This document shows, one piece after another, positions 38,369 to 51,049 of a DNA stretch of 64,000 nt (positions are counted from its first letter, which is position 1; every line of letters begins with the position of its first letter). The position numbers were made by a program, and so were the translations under genes. The notes beneath the pieces were generated by a model, which saw nothing but the letters and a program-made list of their open reading frames with translations, did no database searches and had not been told where the DNA came from. The stretch comes from Rhina ancylostomus (lineage: Eukaryota): assembly GCA_030265395.1 (NCBI GenBank), contig JARFYF010000104.1, forward strand, positions 86,224,833 to 86,288,832. The letters are read 5' to 3'.

Positions 38369-38969
38369 TGTACTTTCAAAGCTGCTGTACATAATGACAG
38401 CTCAGTATAAATATTTTATCAGCAGCTCCCTGCTTCCTCCATTGATTACTCCATGCCAATCTAGACCACGAATTATAGCTGACTGATGACATCAAAACAG
38501 CTCACAACACAAGAACAGGTCGATATAATTACTTGGAAATTTCATGTTGGGACAAAAATTGTAGCCAACCGATTATGAACTAACAGTATGGCCTTGTGGT
38601 GCACCTTCACATAAAATGTATCCATCTTATTGGCCGCAGGGGGNNNNNNNNNNNATAAGTGGATGTTCCTGATGCACTGAATTTTCAAAAACATCATTTC
38701 TTATGTTAATATATAACAAAGATTGTAAGCAATCTGCCAGTATCACTGTGACAACTGGTGATACAATTTAAGTGATAGCTATCAATGTTTCCTCTGCTAA
38801 ACATATAATCACTATTAACATATATATCTATAGGTTTCATTTCTGACAAGAACAGTAATCATTCAGTCATACATTGATATGATTTGACAGAAAAGATGTA
38901 ATTGTGAGCCTCTGCCATGGCTGCCACTGTGACGGTGTTAATTTTTACAATTAAATGATGATGGTAGAG

Positions 38970-39460
38970 AACATCACACAAAATGCTGGAAGAACTCAAT
39001 GGGTCAGGCAGCATTTATGGAGGGAAATGAACAGTCAATATTTCTGGTTGAGACCCTTCATCTGGACTGGAAAGAAAGAGAGGAGATAGCCAGTGTTAAA
39101 AAAAATCTGGGGGGACGAGGTGGGACAAGAGCTGGCAGCTGGATAGCACATGGTTGAAGAGCTGCAGGGCAGCAGAGATCTCAGAGGGGGAGCAGTGAGA
39201 GAGGTTCTCACAGAACTCCCGTGGAAGAGAGGAGGAAAATTTCTTCAGGATAGGCATACCTTTACAGTGGAGCAGCAAAATGGAGACACGAGAGAATACA
39301 GATGCTGGAAACCTGGAGCAACACGCAAAACGCTGGAGGAACTCTGTGGGTCCAGGCAGCATCTGTAGAGGGAAGTGGACAGCTGATGTTTCGGGTTGAG
39401 ATCCTTCATCTGTACTGGAAAGAAGGAGAGGAGATAGCCAAAATAAAAAGGTGGGGGATT
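38970..39460 (-). mobile_element. Penelope-like partial tandem: pLTR, short spacer (probable ORF start), pLTR
   Basis: Two direct copies (38975-39095 and 39320-39445), each with a hammerhead-like motif. The spacer reads MPILKKFSSSLPREFCENLSHCSPSEISAALQLFNHVL on the minus strand. Confidence 0.75.
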
Positions 39461-41239
39461 ATTTTCCTCTGTTATGCCGATTTTAACCATTCCATACCTA
39501 TGTACCTTGTATGGAAAAACATTCAAAATATTGAAAGGAGTTGGAGAGGAAGGAAGCAAATTATCAGGAGAATGTGAAAGAAGGTCATATTTTCACACTG
39601 CTCCTGCTGCATACAGTATTGTGCCACAAAGTGATTTTTAATCCAATCCTCCTTCACCCCCACCATTGCTCTTATAGTTTGCCATCTGTTACTAAATTGT
39701 TTCGACTATAGAACAGAAATGAAAGGGTGTTTAGAGGAGAGGAGAGGGGAGTGAAACTGCAATGGAGACCAGAGGATTGCTATATCTACTCTGTACAGCA
39801 TATACTCTCACCATTGTTTCACTTCCATGAAATATTACAGTGATGCAATAATTATCACAAAGGAGGATCCACTACAAGTGAACTTTACATTTTACCTCCT
39901 CAACCTCTCTTTTGTCCTCATTGTATTTGGTCTAGGGTCATTGCATCTGGATCTCAGTGTCTTTCCTGGTCTGAGCCACTCAGCATCATCGAACTATCCT
40001 CTGGCTTCCAGCCTCAGCTACAAAGTCAGTCCACCTTCTGATTCCAACTTACAACATTAATGCAAATTACCTTCTGCAGCTGGGCACGTAGACCCAAGAC
40101 CACATCTGGAAAGCATGAATGTCTTATTGAATTTAGATCAGGAAACTGAGTTATGAAGAGTTGCTTCTGGAAAGGTAGCATCTACTGTACACTTATCGCT
40201 AGCCATCTTTGCACATTCCTGAAGTCAAAATTACCTAAAAAAACATTTGATATGATGCTTTTATCAAATTTCAGACAAGTTGGTAGATCATTAGATTAGA
40301 TGGTGTTATCAACCAAATTGTATAGCATTATTTCACAACCTTGAATTCTTTTCTGTGTTTGTGAATTCATGAGAGATGTACAACTGGTTATCATAATCTG
40401 ATGAAGTAAAGGACATTTAGCAAAGTGTCTCCTGAGACACACCCACTTTTACTTAAAAAATTCAGAGCCTTTAGCTCCTCTGTTTCCCATAGAAGCACAA
40501 TTGGTCAATGGGGAGAATCAGTACAGGGTCAGTTTCTCCAGACTGAGCCTTTGCTGCTGCTAGTTGCCAGGTAAGGAGAAAACTCACATCCTACCCTTAT
40601 GCCTTGCTGCTTAATGCTGTGTTCAGCCTCCTGCCTGACCCACTTTATTTCTGAATCTCGTGCTTCATTTCCCTCTCCACAGATGCCCCTTCTGCCCTGC
40701 TTCACTCCCTGTTTCCTCTAGGACTGCCTCATACTCCAATAACCTGCAAACAATACCTTGCAATGTCCACCTCTGGGAAATGGATTTTTGGCGCCATCAC
40801 TGAAACAACAAAGCCATTGGAAGGAATTGAACTCTTAAGGCATTATTGGCTTAGCGGCAACATGATTAAATTAAATGTTTATTCAGTTAAATGTTGATTT
40901 AGCAAAAGAGAAAGTTTAACAAGAAGACTGTTTTAAGTCAACATTACTGATGTATTATGGAATCATTAACAACACCACAGAGAGCTGTCATTAACTGGCT
41001 TGTTGTGTACAGTTGTGCCTGGCTAATTTGATTATAGTTGACAAAGGAAATTAAAGATAAATTAGTAAGGGTGACAGCAAATAAGAAAGCTCCACACAGA
41101 ATAAAACATAAACATGCTTTTAAATTATCCTTTCATCTCCTCACCAGTGAAAGGATAAACTTACCTTCAAGGGGGTGAAATAAGGTTCATTAGATTCATT
41201 CTTAAGCTGAAAATAGATTGGGCAGAATGAATCCAGATT

Positions 41240-41535
41240 TATAGTGTTTACTTGAAATATACAAAATATTATGAGGGATTGGAAGGACTGATACGGAAAG
41301 CTCAAGAGCCTAGAACAAGGGTCTCAAGAGATGTCTTCAATCAGAGTATTGTGAAGCTTCAGGATTCTCTGCCCAAGAGTGCTGTCACTTGGTGTATCAG
41401 ATTTTATGTGCCTAGGGAACTAAGGGAAATGGAAGTATGGTGGGAAACTAAGAGATAAGTAGAATATCTGCAGTACCTTACTGAATGATGGAGCAAGGCA
41501 GAAGGGCAGTTTGCCATGTTCCTTTTTCTGTTTCT
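41240..41535 (+). mobile_element. CR1 3' end, degenerate
   Basis: Reads RTR..RDVFNQSIVKLQDSLPKSAV, followed by the tail tgaatgatggagcaagg..gaagggc..ttcct. Confidence 0.6.
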
Positions 41536-42129
41536 CATGGTTTTGTGTACTGTATTCTCAGATCCTATTTTAATCTTTAAAAGATAAAGAGAGAAAAAAA
41601 GCAAATTTCTATAAGTGATTGCAGAACTAACAAAAAGGTTCAAATAATGTCAGAAATGGCAATACCTGAGTCATTCATCAAGCCTCCAAAATAAGACAAA
41701 AGTAAAATTTTCTAAAAGCTCTACCTATGATTTTACATATAGGAATTTAGTTCAACAGATCTTCTGTTGTCTGGCCTAACTACTTGCTCTTTATTTTAAA
41801 ACTTTGAAAGTCAACATCAGACCCAGCCCAAGCCACTCCTCTTCTGACACTACTTGTGTGTGTAACGTGTAATACATAATGCATACATACGTACAGACTT
41901 GATGTGCTTGTCATCTCTTTAACCAAAAAAGCACTAAGGCTAGTTGTAGCACATCTAACATTATGTCAGCTCACATTAGATAAATCAGCAAATGAAGATG
42001 GAGTCTTAAACCTCCATGGTGTATGTGGGACAGTACATGAAAAAAAAGCCACTTATAATTTATATCAAATAGTGCTTAGTTGGTGTTGATTTTAGGTAGG
42101 AACTTAATTCCTTTCATTTTGATTCCCTT

Positions 42130-42265
42130 TCTCCTGTGTCAGCTCTGACGCCAAATGTCAAGAGAATAATTCAAGTCTATGATTGATGGTGACACTCCTA
42201 CAGAGGATTAAAGATTGTGACATTATCGCTGTAGCTTTAATTGAGCAATAACGTGATTGATTACT
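42130..42265. promoter_or_regulatory. Candidate Pbx-Hox/TALE enhancer element
   Basis: TGATTGATGG at 42180-42189, TGATTGATTA at 42254-42263, GGATTA at 42205, TAATTG at 42238 and several TGACA sites, all in non-repeat-looking DNA. Motif evidence only. Confidence 0.3.
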
Positions 42266-44154
42266 GGAAGATTCTGTGTCCAGTATATCCTGGGATTGGG
42301 CCAACTACATTTCTGCATTCCTTAACCTTTCCCTTTTCACAAAGAGATTTTGCTTTCCAAGTATTTCTTTTTTAGAAACATGAAAACTCACCCCCCCCAC
42401 CCTGACACCCCCCAGATNNNNNNNNNNNNNNNNNNNNNNTATATCCCTGCTATTTTTTTACCTGAAGATGTGTGCTCATGTTGGGATGAACTGCAACGAA
42501 TGGAAGTATGCATTGGGGTTTTGTTTGGTAAGTAAGGGAAACTGTAAGGGAAAAGTGAGGAGCATTCCCAGATAATTCCTTCCTAACACTGGCCACAAAG
42601 TATTTCACCCGTGTATTCCAGAAAAGTTGGAAATGATGAAAGTCTGCAGCTTTGAAATCCATATTGAAATTTTTCACAGAGGATCAGTTTATCAATCATC
42701 TCAATTTTCCATCAGAGGGAACCTGAGCCCAGAGAAGGGGCAAGTCCCTTCCCTCTGGAGCATTTTCAGGCTGTGAAGTCTGTGTCACTCTGACTTGAAG
42801 AAACGGGATGAGGAGGAAATAGGAGAAACCATGGAATCAGAATAAGACACTTGTAATTTGTAAGGGCTATGTCACTATTTTTACTCACAACAGAGGCTAA
42901 TTCTTAAATTTCAGGGATATTTTATGAACTGACTAGTGACCAATACCTTATAACTTTGACTCTGACTGCATGAACTACTTTTGAGGCAGTCAATGCATGT
43001 TCATAGTTTCAGGTCTTTGAATTACTAGTGCTTTGCATGCTGACATTTCTATTCTCATTGGATGCAAAAAGATCCTGANNNNNNNNNNNNNNNNNNNNNN
43101 NNNNNNNNNNNNNNNNNNNNNNNNCTCCCATCCTAAAATGAGGGGTATTGTTGGGGTACTGTTCCAACATTCGCTGGCACATTTTGACACTTCTCTCAGA
43201 TCTGTGAATCCAAATAGTGGAGGGGGGGGGGGGGTTGGTCATCACTTTCATTGGTATTGTGGCCTGATTCTTCTCTCATTCATCACACACATATGCAACT
43301 GCATTATTTTGTGGGTGGAAATCCAGGTTAAATTTCCCTGCCTCTGGTCGGGTGTTTTGGCTAAAGTTAGCCCCAGTTGTGATCACAGGTTCTGGTTTTC
43401 TCAGAAGCAACCCAAGCTTTCATTAAAATTTCTTCTGGAGTGCTGCAGCAGTAATACAAGGTCTGCGGAGACTCACAAGAAGGTAATTCTACTTGCTGGT
43501 TCATTTGTAATATTGAGAGAGAAAGAAAAATTGCAGAAAGTGATGTTTCTCTGATTCATTAATAGAATGACTATAAGATAATGAGAACATCTGCTTAACT
43601 GCTGTGACGTGTGAGTTAGGATGTGAATGGTGCTTAAAAAAGACTTCTGTGCTGAATAGCTTTTCACTGACAGATGTCTTCAATCACTAGTGATTGAGAT
43701 TATTTAACAGCGCAATTGACTGAGACAAAATTGCCAAAATATCGGGAAGAGCTGGTAAACTGATCAGAGTTCAGCAAGCACTTAATAGCCTAACTTGACA
43801 ATTACACTTGACAAATGAAAAGGTTATATGGGAGCTATGTACCTGACCACTTTATTTGCTTTTAGCAATGTTAATGTTGAATGAACCAATCTTGTTTTGT
43901 CAACTGGTCCTGCTGATCAGCAGACTTGAGTCTACAACCCTGAAATGTTAATGACTTGAATTGCTCCAGTCCTGTACTGCAATTTGCTACTTTGAAAAAT
44001 ATTTCCTTGCTTTTTTTCTGTTGTGTTCCGACCCACTTGCAGAATTTTTTTTAACACTTGTTCTCATGATGACACTGTTCCTGGCTGTCTCAAGAAGGCG
44101 GTGGGCCTGCTGGTGAAAGAGCAACAGTGCTAAATAGGAGATTCCAAGATTTTG

Positions 44155-44262
44155 ACTGAATTCTGAGGAAAGCTTGCCAACCTGAGGTGTTAACTTTGTT
44201 TCCCTCTCCACAGATGTTCCCTGATGTGCTGAGAATTTGCAGCACCTTGAGTTTTTTTTTCC
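44155..44262 (+). mobile_element. Penelope-like pseudo-LTR copy
   Basis: ttctgaggaaagcttgccaacctgaggtgttaact followed by ttgtttccctctccacagatgttccctgatgtgctgagaatttgcagc. Confidence 0.65.
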
Positions 44263-46358
44263 TACCATCATTTAGCTGGTGATGGGGAAGAGGCTACTCA
44301 GTGGTAAAAGACCAGATTTAGATTTTTGTGGTTCAGGGTCCCACATTGTCAGGTAAATGTTAGCATCAAAGTTGTAGTAATGCAACTTGGCTCAGAGAGT
44401 TAATACCCCTTAACCATAGTTCTACTTGAATGCAGCTGGCTGTTGTCAGGATATGTAGCCTTTGCAGTATTTGTCTTGTCAAAAGGCATAACTGCTGTAC
44501 ATACTTTAATATCATGAGCAAACTGGATTGTTTCCTTGATGCCTTTTTACAAATCAGTAGTAAAGATGGTGAAACATCCCTGTTGCAGATCCATGCAGAA
44601 TTCCACTGGTGACTAGTTGCATGGAGAACTATTATTATTAATGATATTCTATGGCTAGGTGACTGCAACCATGCCGAAATTCCCCAATAACCTTCACTCT
44701 TTCTGGGTAATCATTCATCATATGTATTTTGCAAAAAATATGAGATATGACTAAACAACAGTTTCTTGATATGGACTTCCTGTCCTGCATATGAGCAAAA
44801 CGGGCGTTGCCACACTTGATTGGTCTTCTATTTGGTTTATAAGAGAGTAGTTCTATATTATACTTCATGTCCAATGTTATCCAAGGCAATGGGGAAGCTC
44901 TTATAAAAATCCTTTGACTAAATCTTGCGTTCTGATTTTCTGTTGGAAGAATTTCAATGTTAGCTAGATTGTCAAAATGAAAAATGTCTTCGGAATTGCA
45001 CATTTGTACCACTGCTGCTTCTGTCAGAAATGGAAGTTAAAGTTGTCACATCCATGCAGTGAGAAAGGATTGAGTCCATTTTTACCTTAAGTGTTTTGAC
45101 ATTGGACATCATGGCAAATAGGTTAACGAAGGTCGTAAAAAGTAGTGTTGTAATGATTGCTTCTTAAAACCTTGAGACATAGGTACATTTAAGAACTGAA
45201 AATATAAGCTTTTTATCATTGAATTAACAACTTGTCAAAACTGATTTTGAGTAGAATTTTGATTGAGGTGAGGCACCAATGAATGAGAAAGTGTGTGTGT
45301 ATAAATGACGGGATATCAACCCAACACAAACTGCTTGGACATGATACCAGGTAAGAGTCTGATATAGGTCTATCTTTTTGTTCATAATTAGTGACTGCAT
45401 ATTTAACCTGGTATATTAAAAACAAATGGAAGAAAACTCCAAACAAATGTATTTAACATTTTACAGGGTTGATTCAGAAATGGCCTTGAAATCTATTTGG
45501 ACCAATAATGTATTCCGGACCCCATCCGAGTATATTCTAGGAGCTCAGTACAGGGCATAATTAAACAATCTAAAGGTGATGATCTGACTCTGTGTTCCTG
45601 CAATATTGTGATAAGGCATGGACAGCTCTGATATAATCTCACCATAATCTTGTAGTGCTAACTGACAAATGTGCATGGACATAGATAGTTCTTTTAGTCA
45701 CATTGTCCTTGAAATAAGGCATCAACAATTCAAACTTCTTGTACTTAGTTTGGATTTAAGATACTGCTACAATCCTCAAATGATTAACTTGCACAGGTTG
45801 GTCTAAGTTATTTGCTGTACAGCCTGGTTTAACAGGTAGAATATTGTGATGGAACTAATGAAGATGAACTTGTAAAGTTCTGCTCAGCGAAAAGTGGCCA
45901 CAGTGGGTTTTTGACAGAAGCAGAAGAAAGAAGCAATTAGCTTCCCAGCTTGCAGTGCTTGTGTCTGCCTGACCTTTTGCAACAGCATCCCACTATAGAA
46001 CAATAATGCCTGAGGTGGGAAGGTCATAAAACCAGAGCTCTTAAAGAATATTATGTGTTTGATAACTGCAAATATTTTGAACAATGAAAAAGCATACCGA
46101 TAGTACAATAAACCATTCATTCCTGGGGTGGGTGTGGAGGGATATATTTATTCTTAGTTTTGTCAGATTGTGAAAGGGAATGGCATTTTTGTAAAATTAC
46201 AGAAATAAGGTCAGCTTCAACCATATTTGTATTCTTATAAATATACCTTCCTTTTGTTAAGTTCATTACTTGTTCCTTTGTTAAGATGGTTAAACTGTGC
46301 AATCAATCTCCTGAGGTAAAACTAGAATGCTCTAGTTGTATGAATAGAGCTGTAGTTA

Positions 46359-46362
<4 letters not shown>

Positions 46363-46395
<33 letters not shown>
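46363..46395. repeat. (TA)n microsatellite
   Basis: Seen directly. Confidence 0.95.
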
Positions 46396-46398
<3 letters not shown>

Positions 46399-47112
46399 AT
46401 TTATGCATGTATGTATGAATATATCCTACATAGAATCTCAAAAATCCAATTGAAGAAAAATTTAAAGCTTTTCAAGTCCAGAATATTATGCCATACGGTC
46501 AGGCCATACTGAATTAAGTTTTTCACCCTAAGGTACTGTAGCTTGAAAAATGCTTTACAGCAAACAAAATCCAATGCAGAACGTTGTGTGTTGTTGATGC
46601 CGGTTTGTTCGTTATGTAGGTAGGCGGCAGATGCCACACAAATTAGGCTTTCTCACTCTTATTTGCTGATCCATGTATTCTGAAGATGCTGATGGCAGTT
46701 GACTTACTGCAATGTAATGAGGCAGAGGACAAAGGCTTTAGAGACTGTTATTACAGTGAGTGATTTTAGAAGCTGTCAAAATCGCAGCTAAATAAAGAAC
46801 GTTTCTTACAATGAAGTAAAGTGCAAAATATATTTAACTTTTTTAATATATGCACAAAATAAGCAAGATGTTTAAGATTTGTCACTCCACAGTAGAAGGA
46901 TTAAAATGAAAAGCATGCCACCATGAAACTTCCTTCGAGTGAAAACTGATCCTATGGGAATTAATTTAATACTTAAAATGAATACCAGGCTCTTCATTGT
47001 TTATTTGGCAAGCAGAACCATCCCTGCGGTCTGAAAGAAGATAATCTTTCAGTGTGAACTGATTGACTGACCATTTTCCTTACACCTGTAAAAACACTCT
47101 TTCCATTGTATC

Positions 47113-48185
47113 AGCAACAATAGCAGCAACAACCTGTATTTATATGGCCCATTTAATGTTATCACACAAACTTGTCAGTGAGCCAGAAGGAGATAGAAAG
47201 GCAGATGACCAAAAGCTTGGTCGAAAAAATAAGTTTTGAGAAACATTTCAAAGAAGGAAAGAGAAGTAGGGAGGCTTAGTGAGGAGATTACAGAGCTTAA
47301 GGCCTTGGCAACTGTAGGGAGGTGTGGAGAAGAAGCATTTAGAGATGATCAAGAGCGCTGAAGGAGGAATGCAGTGTTCTCAGTTGGGCTGGATAGTGAT
47401 AGGGAGAGGCATACCCACAGAGGGTTTTGAAAACCATGGAAAACACTTGTAATTGAAGCATTGATTTACTGGAACCAAAGGACAGAAATCTCAGGAATGA
47501 TGGACTTGAGAGGCCAAGTTTTAGATGATCTTATGTTTACAGAGGATAGAATGAGCGATTCCTGCCAGGAGTATGTTGAATTAGCAAAGAGGTAAGAAAA
47601 ACGTGGATTAGGGTTTCAGGGCTGATGAATTGGGGCAGGGGTTGAGATGGGGAAGATTATGGAGGTGGAAATATGCGGAGTTTTTAGCACTACAACTAAG
47701 TGGCCCATATCTTATTTTGGGGTCATATCTGACACTGAGGTTGCACATAACCTGGGCACTTTTAGGCTTTCACATAGGGAAAGGTGAAGCTGATAAATCA
47801 GGAATGTCATTTGTGACTGAAGCAAAGAGATTTGCCTCTATCTTCCTAATATTTAGTTTGAAGAAACTAGTTCATTCAGCACCGTTTTCAGACAGGTTGT
47901 GTGATAACTTAGGGATAGAAGCGGGGCCAAGAACTGTGTTGGTGAAGCAGAGGTGGATACGGTCAGTGTGCATGTGAAAATTGGTGCAATGTTTTTGGAT
48001 GATATCGCCCAGGAGAACATGTTGAATAGAGGGAGTCAAGGGTAAATCCATAAAAAAAAAGAGACACCACAGCTATGACTGTGGGAGAAGGCAGGAAAAA
48101 CATTGCCAATGGTTCTCTTGCCAGGCCTCGATAGATAAGAGTTGGAACCAGGTGATGAAGTCCCACTCAGCCAGATGACAGTATT
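47113..48185 (-). mobile_element. L2 LINE, about 1.1 kb 3' portion including an RT remnant
   Basis: Reverse tail ..gccatataaatacaggttgttgctg. The RT remnant reads LGDIIQKHCTNFHMHTD (YADD region), FLQ/KLNIRKIEA and LSVRYDPK. Confidence 0.75.
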
Positions 48186-48892
48186 AAAGGAAACAACTTT
48201 TTTTATTACATATCAAGTCATTTTCACACTCAGGATCTGACTATAGTTCTCATTAAAAATAGACTGTTTATTGCAACAGAATCTGCTGCTTTCACCATTT
48301 CTGCTTTTGCTCTTGCAACTGAGTCAACTTGCTTCTGAGGAAGTGATGGTGTCATGGTAAGTGATACTTCATTATAAAAGAGTTGTATTGTGATGGTAGC
48401 TGCATTTTTACCCTTGACTACTGTGGAATAACCTGGTAGAATTTGTACAATGACAGCTTTCTTCAGGAATTGAGACTAACTGTTCATGCTTGTCATGAGC
48501 AGTGCAGTCCTGCTGTGACAGTATCTGGTAATTTACACCAGGTTATGTGATGACAGCCAGGCACCCAAGTTGTTTGTCAAACATATGCAATTGTCTTGTT
48601 AGTTCTTTATTGGGCAAAAAAATTTCAGTGCCTGTGCATTATTTGAAACCAAAACATCTTTCACAGGTTGATGCTAGTCGTGTCATTATGACACTAACCT
48701 TTGGAGAAGTGGTTATCTTTCTGCTGATGTGCACTAGAATGCACTGCTGACAACACTGAATTTGTTTGCATTACTGAATTTTCTTTTTGTCAAATCCATG
48801 CAAAATTCATCATGGAAGGAGTTTCTACATTCTTCTAAGTGTGTTGATTTCCTCGTAGATCAAGTTCTAGTCTGAAGTGCAAGCAAAATTTG

Positions 48893-48950
48893 CTTAGACT
48901 TGGTGGACTGAAGGACCTGTTTCTGTGCTGTATTTCTTCATGACTCTGAG
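48893..48950 (+). mobile_element. CR1/HE1-type 3' tail stub
   Basis: gacttggtggactgaaggacctgtttctgtgctgtatttcttcatgactctg. Confidence 0.6.
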
Positions 48951-50289
48951 AAATACAAATTTATTGACCTCTGAACTTCCCACCAGAACTCTGACCTCTT
49001 CTGTAGGCCACCTTTATATGATGAGTCTCAGAGTCAGCCATATGTGCATTGATATGAGTATCAAATCCCTAAAGGAGTAGTGGACAGTTTGGATGTGGCA
49101 TAGGGAGCACGTGTGTTGTATTGGTTGTCTTTGATTTTATAGCCAATCTAAGTGGAGATTCTTTGTCCAGGTCCTTGCCAGCTTATGAACAGCGCATATA
49201 TATAAATGGGTGTTTGGGAGACTGGAATGATGGATTTGCTGGTGTTGAAGTGTACGCATGTCCATTGTATGAACTTGGAAGGGTAACACTTGTAAATGAT
49301 TCTCGTCAGAATCTACTTGGGACAGAAGTGCACCACTTGAGGATTATGTATGGTAGTGAGCTACACATTTATGAGATCTGAGTTTATACTTAGTCTAAGA
49401 ATAAAAGTGTTCTCTGTCTACAAACTAAGATTTTTGCAAGAAATAACTTCTTTTGGACAAAGTCAGTTCCTTTAGGTCATGGACCAGCAACAAAATAAAA
49501 GCCAATAATTCAGCAGGAATTGGCACTAGATTAGCTGTCAACCTCAGACAAGCCTAGAATGGCTGGAATGTGTCCTGGAAAAATTCCAGCATATCTTTGG
49601 TAAGCTTAAAAAGTTAGAGATGCTGAACATACTAGAAAATGGATTTTACTCTGTCTCTATCTTGTGCTCTGCTTTGCTTGGGAGTACTTGAAGTTGGCGC
49701 TGTTGGTACTTAAATTATATTTGTCACCTTGTTAAGTAGCAATTTCACAAAGAAAAGCTGTAAAAAGGAACAGATTTGTAGATATTTTTTATGACCATTG
49801 TGGTTTTTTTAAAGAGTGTTTTGTACCAGAGTGGAAATTGAGGGGTTCCAGAAAATCCCATTGCTTCATCAGTGACCTTCTGTCATGGTTCTGAGTACTG
49901 TCCCTCGATTTGGCTCCTTAGANNNNNNNNNNNNNNNNNNNNNNNNNNNNNNNNNNNNNNNNNNNNNNNNNNNNNNNNNNNNNNNNNNNNNNNNNNNNNN
50001 NNNNNNNNNNNNNNNNNNNNNNTCTTTGCTCAACATTGTGACACCTTCCTTCCATCATAAGGTCATAAGGTTCACTGAGCTTTGCATATCTTCATTTCCA
50101 TTTGCAGCTCCTCAGAAAATGATAACTGGAAAATAACAATTATGCCATAAAAAAACACCAGGGTGTAGCAGTCTGCAATATTTTTGAGCCTAAGCTCCTG
50201 CCCTTGACATACAGTGTCACTGCTACCACCCCTCCCACCCCAGTCCTGAGGTCAACACATTTACCAGAAACACAGATAGACCAACCACC

Positions 50290-50835
50290 CATTGAGTGGC
50301 CAAATATGCATCAGAGCTGGGTGAATGAATCGTCTCCTGATACCTCATAACCTTTCCATCAACTGTAAGGTGCAAGTCAGGAACATGGAGAAACATCCTT
50401 CAGTGGCCTGGATGAGTGTAGCTTTGACGCTTTCAAGAACTGCAACGCAATCCAGGGCAAAGTAACCCATTTGATTATCCACCACCAGTGCACTATGGCT
50501 GCAATATGCACTGTCTATAAAATGCAATGCTGTTACCCAGGCTATTTCAATGGCATCTCCCAATCTCATGACCTCAACTATGAAAAAGGACAAAGGTGGC
50601 GAAAACATATGAATACCACCACTTGCATTTTCCTGTCATTGTGGCATACTATGCTGATGAGGAAGCATATCTCTGTTTCTTTATTATTTCTTGAAGCTCC
50701 TGACCCATGAGCATTGTGTGAGTACCTTCACAAGAAGGACTGCAGCAGTTCAAGAAGGCCTTCTCAAGGGTGGTTAAGAATGGGCAATATATGTTGGCCA
50801 TGCCAGGGATGCTCACAGCCCAAAATGCAAATTAA
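50290..50835 (+). mobile_element. CR1/L2-group LINE (family B here), 3' end
   Basis: Reads INCKVQVRNMEKHPSVAWMSVALT..QSRAK.., collinear with 56880-57372, and ends ttctcaagggtggttaagaatgggcaatatatgttggccatgccagggatgctcac. Confidence 0.75.
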
Positions 50836-51049
50836 TTAATAGAAAATCCTGAACCCAACCTTCCATACATTATCAGGCACTAACAATACCAGAAAAAGTC
50901 ATATTCAAATAATCTAATAACGATGTCTGGAACTGTTTTGTTGAGGCAGTGGTATGATAGCAGAGCCTTTTTATTCCCTTGTTATTGCCAGTTTTTCCTG
51001 ATATGGTGTTGACAAGATTTGGCCAAGTAAACTGGAGTGAAGAAAGGGC

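Noticed and set aside
39850-40100. Possible very old Penelope GIY-YIG remnant
   Set aside because: Only scattered resemblance; no motif could be read in frame.
43033-43554. 173-aa ORF
   Set aside because: It spans an N gap and a poly-G run, has a non-ATG start and contains no recognisable domain.
43740-43752. atcgggaagagc resembling an Illumina adapter
   Set aside because: The match is imperfect and short, is not at a contig end, and is consistent with chance.
49121-49381. 86-aa ORF; the antisense strand has a TMD-like echo of a Penelope RT motif
   Set aside because: It has no splice or domain support, and the antisense similarity is too weak to call.
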